Part shown: piece by piece, positions 58,051 to 63,105 of the stretch
Layout of the letters: each line of letters begins with the position of its first letter
Position numbering within the stretch: the stretch's first letter is position 1
Source: Bacteroidota bacterium
Lineage (GTDB): Bacteria > Bacteroidota > Bacteroidia > UKL13-3
NCBI GenBank assembly: GCA_947456185.1
Contig: CANGPW010000003.1
Location: 1-63,105 of the forward strand
Direction of reading: 5' to 3'
DNA length: 63,105 nucleotides
The notes under the pieces: generated by a model
What the model saw: only the letters and a program-made list of their open reading frames with translations
Database searches by the model: none
Told to the model about the DNA's origin: nothing
Position numbers and translations under genes: made by a program

Positions 58051-58095
58051 AGTATATGAAACAAATATACACTTTACCCCAAAGTGTAATATAAA

Positions 58096-61000
58096 CTATA
58101 ACGATGTATCGCTAGATTTGTTTTTCCTATTTGAAAAATATTTCAATTTCATTGATTCTGAGAGCATTAACATTACAGGCACCAAAATTAAAGTCAATAA
58201 AGTGGCAAATAATAATCCAAAAATCATAGTCCATGATAAAGGACCCCAGAAAGCTACACTATCGCCACCAAAGTAAATATGTGGATTTCCTTCAGAGAAT
58301 AAAGTTACAAAATCAACGTTTAAGCCAATTGCCAAAGGTATTAAACCCAACATAGTAGCAGTAGCAGTTAATATAACCGGAGTCATACGTGTTTTGCCAG
58401 CTTCTATAATTGCTTCTTTCAGTTCCATTCCTTCCTCTAAAAGTAAGTCGGTAAATTCTACTAATAGAATTCCGTTTCTTACCACAATTCCCGCCAGCGC
58501 TACCACTCCAACACCTGTCATTAGTATTGAAATATCCATTTTAAATATAGAAAATCCTAATAACACGCCAATGATACTTAATACTATTTCACTTAAAATA
58601 ATAACAGGTTTTGATATAGAGTTAAACTGAGTTACCAAAATCAAAAAGATTAAACCCAAAGCAATTAACATGGCCTTTCCAAGGAATGCACCTGTTTCCG
58701 CTTGTTGTTCTTGTTCACCTGTCATATCGGTAGTTACAGTATTTGGTAATTCATATTTAGCAACGGCTTTTTTTACCTGTTCCACAACTTCATTGGCATT
58801 ATAACCAGAGAGTACGTTTGAACCAAGTGACACTATGCGTTTTTGATTTTTACGTTTGATACCACCATAAGTTTGGCTGTATTTTAACTTAGCTACCGAT
58901 GATAATGGAACAGAACGTAACATTCCACCCATATTCATATCACGGTAAGTAATTTTCAAATTCATTAAAGCATCAATGTTATTTCTTTGGTCAAATTTGT
59001 AACGCACTTGAATAGGATAATCGTCTTTAGCATCTTTAAATTTAGAAACTTCTAAACCAAATATCGCACCACGTAAAGCCTGTCCAATTTGAGCTGAAGA
59101 AATTCCTTCTCTATTTGCACGTTCTCTATCTACTTCTATTAAAATCTCTGGTTTGTTTGTAACCAAATCAGATTTTAATTCTTCCACACCTGGAATTTGC
59201 AATGAGTCTAAATAATGTTTCAAGCCTTTAGAAACAGCTGTCAACTCATCAAACTCTTCACCAATAATTTCAATATTAACTGGCTTACCTGTTGGAGGTC
59301 CACCTTTTTCTTGTTCTACTGTAATTAATGCACCTGGTATGTCTTTTACTACTTTTCTTATTCTATCTAAGTAAGGTAATGTTTCCTCCCCATTACGTTT
59401 CCCAAATTCAACAAATGCAACAGTTACTTTTCCTAAATTAGATTTTGCACCTGCTTCAAATTGGGTAGGGTCACCAGCTCCAATTGCAACATTTGATATA
59501 ACAGATTCTACTATTTTATTGCTATCACCAATTTCTTTATAAATTTTTTCCTCTACTAATTTAGTAATTGAATCGGTTACAATTTGATCAGTTCCAACAG
59601 GCATTTCAATATATGTGTAAACAAAATTTGGTGATGCTTGAGGGAAAAATACCACTTTTGGAGACCTTACTTTTACTAAAAATATACTAAAGAATAACAA
59701 ACCAATTGTTCCAACTAATAAAAATACAGGTCTACTTCCTTTTAAACACCAAGTAATTAATTTTCTATAACCTTCTTGCACACTTGGCCATGTTTTGTTT
59801 TGGAATTTTTCAATGTATTTATACATTACAAATCTGTTCAAGCAATATAAACCATATATTACCACTACAAAATTTCCTAATCCAAAGTTTCCTGTTAAAT
59901 AAATGAGTAAAGCTATTACTCCAAAAACAATTGATGTAATCATAAACCCTTTTTTGTTTTTACGTTGCGCTTCTTCTTCTTCATGAGTTTTCATAAAGCC
60001 AACAGCAAATACTGGATTAATAATATATGCCACCACTAACGATGCTAATAAAGTAATGATTAAAGTTACTGGTAAAAAAAACATGAATTTACCAATAGTT
60101 CCTTGCCAAAAAGCCAAGGGAATAAATGGAGCTAACGTAGTTAATGTTCCTGATAACACAGGAACAAAAACTTCGCCTGCCGCTAATTTGGCGGCCTTTT
60201 TTATGGGGACTTTTCCGTTTTCAAATATCCGATGGGTGTTTTCTACCACCACAATGGCATCATCTACTACTATTCCTAAGGCCAATAAAAATGCAAATAA
60301 TACAATCATATTTAAAGTAAAACCAATGGCTGGTAAAAACAAAAACGCAATGGCCATAGATAAAGGAACCGACATAGCAACAAAAAGTGCATTGGTAGCT
60401 CCCATAAAAAACATAAGGATTATTGTTACCAATATAAATCCAATAACAATGGTGTTTATTAAATCGTGTAATGTAGTTCTCGTTTTGTCTGATTGGTCGC
60501 CAGTAATAGTAATTTTTAAGCCATCAGGAAAATGAGCTTTTTTCATTTCCTCATTTATTTTTCTAATTTTATCACTTGCATCAATTAAGTTTTGACCACT
60601 CTTTTTTACAATATTTAAAGTAATTACATTTTTATGTTCCAAACGAGCAAAACTTTCCTGCTCCTTAAAACCATCTTTTACTTCAGCAATATCGCGCAAA
60701 TAAACAATTGCACCGCTAGCAGAACGAATGGCCAAATCACCAATTTTTCTTGCTTCTACATATTGTCCAACTACATTTATTTCACGTAATAAACCATCCA
60801 TTTTAACCGAACCACCACTAATGGTTACGTTTTCATTTCCTATTGCTTGCATTACATCATACATAGCCACGTCAGCTATTTGCATTTTGTACATATCAAG
60901 GTTTATTTGAACTTCTCTATCCAATGCTCCAACAATATCGGCACGAGTAATTTCTTTTAAACTTTCAATTTTGTCTTGTAAATCTTCAGCATATTCCTTC

Positions 61001-61479
61001 AATTTATCTAAAGGATAATCGCCCGATAAATGCACAAACATGATAGGCATTTGCGACACATCAATTTCTACAACAGTTGGCTCGCTAGTTAATACTTGAG
61101 GTAGTTCTTTTCTTATTTTATCAACTTGATCTTTTACGCGTTGCTTTGCAATAGGAATTTGAACATCAGTATTAAATTCAACAGTTACTAAACTTACATT
61201 TTGTAAAGAACTACTGGTTACTTTTTTTACACCCGAAATAGATTTTACACTTTTTTCAATGTGTTTGGTAACTATATTCTCCATGTCTTTTGGAGAAGTT
61301 CCTGCTTGAACTGTACTAATAATTATTTGAGGGAAAACCACTTCAGGAAACTGCTCTTTTGGCAATCCGTTATAACTCATTATGCCCGCAAGCGTAATGA
61401 TGATGGTCATGATATAAATACTTGTCTTGTTATTTATTGCCCAACTCGAGGGTTTAAATTCTTTTATTTTATCTAGCAT
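58096..61479 (-). CDS. RND efflux permease (AcrB family)
   Basis: GIVVDDAIVVVEN and GIVVRNGILLVEF motifs, R.TPVILT, two large periplasmic domains. Confidence 0.95.
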   Translation of the reverse strand: MLDKIKEFKPSSWAINNKTSIYIMTIIITLAGIMSYNGLPKEQFPEVVFPQIIISTVQAGTSPKDMENIVTKHIEKSVKSISGVKKVTSSSLQNVSLVTVEFNTDVQIPIAKQRVKDQVDKIRKELPQVLTSEPTVVEIDVSQMPIMFVHLSGDYPLDKLKEYAEDLQDKIESLKEITRADIVGALDREVQINLDMYKMQIADVAMYDVMQAIGNENVTISGGSVKMDGLLREINVVGQYVEARKIGDLAIRSASGAIVYLRDIAEVKDGFKEQESFARLEHKNVITLNIVKKSGQNLIDASDKIRKINEEMKKAHFPDGLKITITGDQSDKTRTTLHDLINTIVIGFILVTIILMFFMGATNALFVAMSVPLSMAIAFLFLPAIGFTLNMIVLFAFLLALGIVVDDAIVVVENTHRIFENGKVPIKKAAKLAAGEVFVPVLSGTLTTLAPFIPLAFWQGTIGKFMFFLPVTLIITLLASLVVAYIINPVFAVGFMKTHEEEEAQRKNKKGFMITSIVFGVIALLIYLTGNFGLGNFVVVIYGLYCLNRFVMYKYIEKFQNKTWPSVQEGYRKLITWCLKGSRPVFLLVGTIGLLFFSIFLVKVRSPKVVFFPQASPNFVYTYIEMPVGTDQIVTDSITKLVEEKIYKEIGDSNKIVESVISNVAIGAGDPTQFEAGAKSNLGKVTVAFVEFGKRNGEETLPYLDRIRKVVKDIPGALITVEQEKGGPPTGKPVNIEIIGEEFDELTAVSKGLKHYLDSLQIPGVEELKSDLVTNKPEILIEVDRERANREGISSAQIGQALRGAIFGLEVSKFKDAKDDYPIQVRYKFDQRNNIDALMNLKITYRDMNMGGMLRSVPLSSVAKLKYSQTYGGIKRKNQKRIVSLGSNVLSGYNANEVVEQVKKAVAKYELPNTVTTDMTGEQEQQAETGAFLGKAMLIALGLIFLILVTQFNSISKPVIILSEIVLSIIGVLLGFSIFKMDISILMTGVGVVALAGIVVRNGILLVEFTDLLLEEGMELKEAIIEAGKTRMTPVILTATATMLGLIPLAIGLNVDFVTLFSEGNPHIYFGGDSVAFWGPLSWTMIFGLLFATLLTLILVPVMLMLSESMKLKYFSNRKNKSSDTSL

Positions 61480-61506
61480 GTTTTTGCTTTTAATTATTAA
61501 TTTATC

Positions 61507-61581
61507 GTCATTGCGAGCTTAGCGTGGCAATCTCTAAATTATTAGATTACTTCATCCCGACTAATCGGCATTCGCAATGAT
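61507..61581 (+). repeat. GTCATTGCGAG...CGCAATGA REP-like element containing a mini-hairpin
   Basis: Arms GTCATTGCGA/TCGCAATGAT and GCAATCT/AGATTAC; internal TCCCGA-CTAA-TCGGCA. Confidence 0.75.
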
Positions 61582-61599
61582 GATTATTGCTTGTTTCGT

Positions 61600-62733
61600 T
61601 TAAAATTTAATTAATTCACCATCGTTTAAGTCGCCATAACCAACAGTTATTAATTTTTCGCCTATTGCTAATCCACTTAATATTTCTGCCTTGTCATTAT
61701 AAGTAGAACCAACTGTAACCAAATGTTTTTTAGCAATTGTTCTTCCATTTTCGGTAACAGCTACATAAACTATTGAACCTTCTTGGCTATTTTGTATACA
61801 ATTTACAGGAATTACCATTGCGTTATCTTTTGAATAATCTATAATTTTTAACACAGCAATCATGTTTGGTAAATAAGTGTTATCGTTTGGCAATGCTACT
61901 TCCACACCAAATGTTCTATTTAAAGCACTGATGCCTTTACCACTATAAGTAATTTTTGAAATAATTGATTTGTTTATATCAGGAAATTCTACTTGAGCAA
62001 CATTTCCTTCTTTAATTTTATTAGCAAAAGTTTCAGCTACATCAGCTTTTACCTTTAGTTTATTAAAGTTCACAATTGTAAAATATGGCATTCCCGGCAT
62101 TGCCATTTGACCAACCTTTAAATTCACCACGTCTATAGTTCCATTTACTGAAGCTGTAATTTTGTACATGCTTAATTGTTCACGCATGGCAGCTATGTTT
62201 TGTTCCAAAGCTTCTTTATTGGTTTTAGCTTGTTTGTATTGAATTTCTGAACCAATTTGTTTGTCCCAAAGTGCTTTTTGTTTATTATATAAATCTGTTA
62301 AAAATGCCAAATTTGTTTCCAAAGGTTGAATTTGTTTTCTAATCGCATTTCCATCAAATTCTGCTAATACTTGACCCGCTTTTACCACAGAACCTGGTTT
62401 TACCAAAACGTTTAAAACCAAGCCTGGTACTTTAGCACTAATCGTTGCATTTTCGTCACCATCTACTCTGCCTTGAACAGTTATATAATGATTGTATTTT
62501 GAAGTTTCTACATTACTTACTGCCACATTTATTATTTTTTCACGCGAATCAAGTTTAGCACCACTTGATTTAATTTCATCTTCTAATGCTTTAATTTTTG
62601 TTGTTAAAGCGGCTTGTTCAGTCTTTAGTTTTTCTAGTGAAGCCTTTTTTGCTTCTACTGTTTTATCACCACATGATGTTAAAACAATGGTAATAATTGA
62701 TAAAATTGCAATAATTATTTTTCCGTTTTTCAT
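61600..62733 (-). CDS. RND efflux periplasmic adaptor subunit (lipoprotein)
   Basis: Lipobox LTSC, coiled coil, lipoyl-like G..V.AGQVLA, LSGL..GEKLIT.G. Confidence 0.92.
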   Translation of the reverse strand: MKNGKIIIAILSIITIVLTSCGDKTVEAKKASLEKLKTEQAALTTKIKALEDEIKSSGAKLDSREKIINVAVSNVETSKYNHYITVQGRVDGDENATISAKVPGLVLNVLVKPGSVVKAGQVLAEFDGNAIRKQIQPLETNLAFLTDLYNKQKALWDKQIGSEIQYKQAKTNKEALEQNIAAMREQLSMYKITASVNGTIDVVNLKVGQMAMPGMPYFTIVNFNKLKVKADVAETFANKIKEGNVAQVEFPDINKSIISKITYSGKGISALNRTFGVEVALPNDNTYLPNMIAVLKIIDYSKDNAMVIPVNCIQNSQEGSIVYVAVTENGRTIAKKHLVTVGSTYNDKAEILSGLAIGEKLITVGYGDLNDGELIKF

Positions 62734-62754
62734 TTTTAATATATTTTATATTTT

Positions 62755-63105
62755 TTAGTATCCTATTGATTTTTTTACATTTAATTGAGCTAACATTAAA
62801 TCGTACAATGTACTTAAGTAATTAGTTTGCGCATTTTTTAAGTCAGTTTCTGCAATTAATAATTCAGTGCTTGATCCAACTCCTTCTTTTAGCTTTATCT
62901 GTGCTCTAGTATAAATTTGTTCTGCTAATTCTATGTTTTTCTTTTGAACAATTACTTGGTTTTTTGTTCTTAAATATGTTGTTTTAGCATTGAACCTTTC
63001 TAATTCAATAGCAGTTTCCAAATACTTTTTAATATTTTCAGTTTTTTCTATGTTAATACTGGCTTTTTGTGTTTGTGCATGTTTTCTAAATCCATCAAAA
63101 ACAGG
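62755..63105 (-). CDS. TolC-family outer-membrane efflux protein, 5'-truncated by the window edge
   Basis: Frame is open to the window end (PVFDGFRKHAQ...); C-terminal helices EG.GSSTELLIAE...Y...YD. Confidence 0.88.
   Translation of the reverse strand, partial: PVFDGFRKHAQTQKASINIEKTENIKKYLETAIELERFNAKTTYLRTKNQVIVQKKNIELAEQIYTRAQIKLKEGVGSSTELLIAETDLKNAQTNYLSTLYDLMLAQLNVKKSIGY

Noticed and set aside
329-62758. Numerous 60-160 aa ORFs antisense to or overlapping well-supported genes (e.g. 3400-3753, 28012-28332, 50794-51120, 57938-58276, 60056-60535)
   Set aside because: Shadow frames of real genes with no motifs.
1-63105. CRISPR array, tRNA/rRNA, transposase, integrase, phage, toxin-antitoxin, retron or DGR genes
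   Set aside because: No regularly spaced repeat-spacer series, no tRNA cloverleaf with T/D loops, and no ORF with the relevant catalytic motifs.

Overview
Low-GC chromosomal window from a Bacteroidota bacterium. This is inferred from T9SS C-terminal domains, a PorZ-like protein, the rpmB-rpmG-DUF4295-ftsY-rimO-bshC block and TAnnTTTG-type promoters. It is densely coding and mostly housekeeping: ccmCDE, uvrB, hisS, hutH, rsmE, engB, aroE, dnaG, crtI-crtB-photolyase, ABC-F, thiN, tsaB, a fused 2-oxoacid dehydrogenase E1 and an RND efflux operon. I found no CRISPR array, tRNA/rRNA, transposase, integrase, phage or defence gene. The unusual signal is in the short-repeat layer. (i) Degenerate 7-, 8- and 9-mer tandem arrays sit at many gene 3' ends, often supply the stop codon, and occur inside the hutH and tsaB coding sequences. 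(ii) A strand-asymmetric 19-nt module (G + 6-bp hairpin with a mostly TAAA loop + TT) shows compensatory base changes across 5 copies. It is embedded both in heptamer arrays and in REP-like elements, and one copy is in frame in tsaB. (iii) At least four REP-like palindrome families are present. (iv) Two candidate structured RNAs lie at 43365-43421 (Flavo-1-like from memory) and 45649-45780. Other oddities are a roughly 55-aa insertion in HisS, an arsC split by an A8 run with an in-frame Cys-rich N-terminal extension, and several apparently leaderless genes. All protein calls are by motif recognition and no database search was run.
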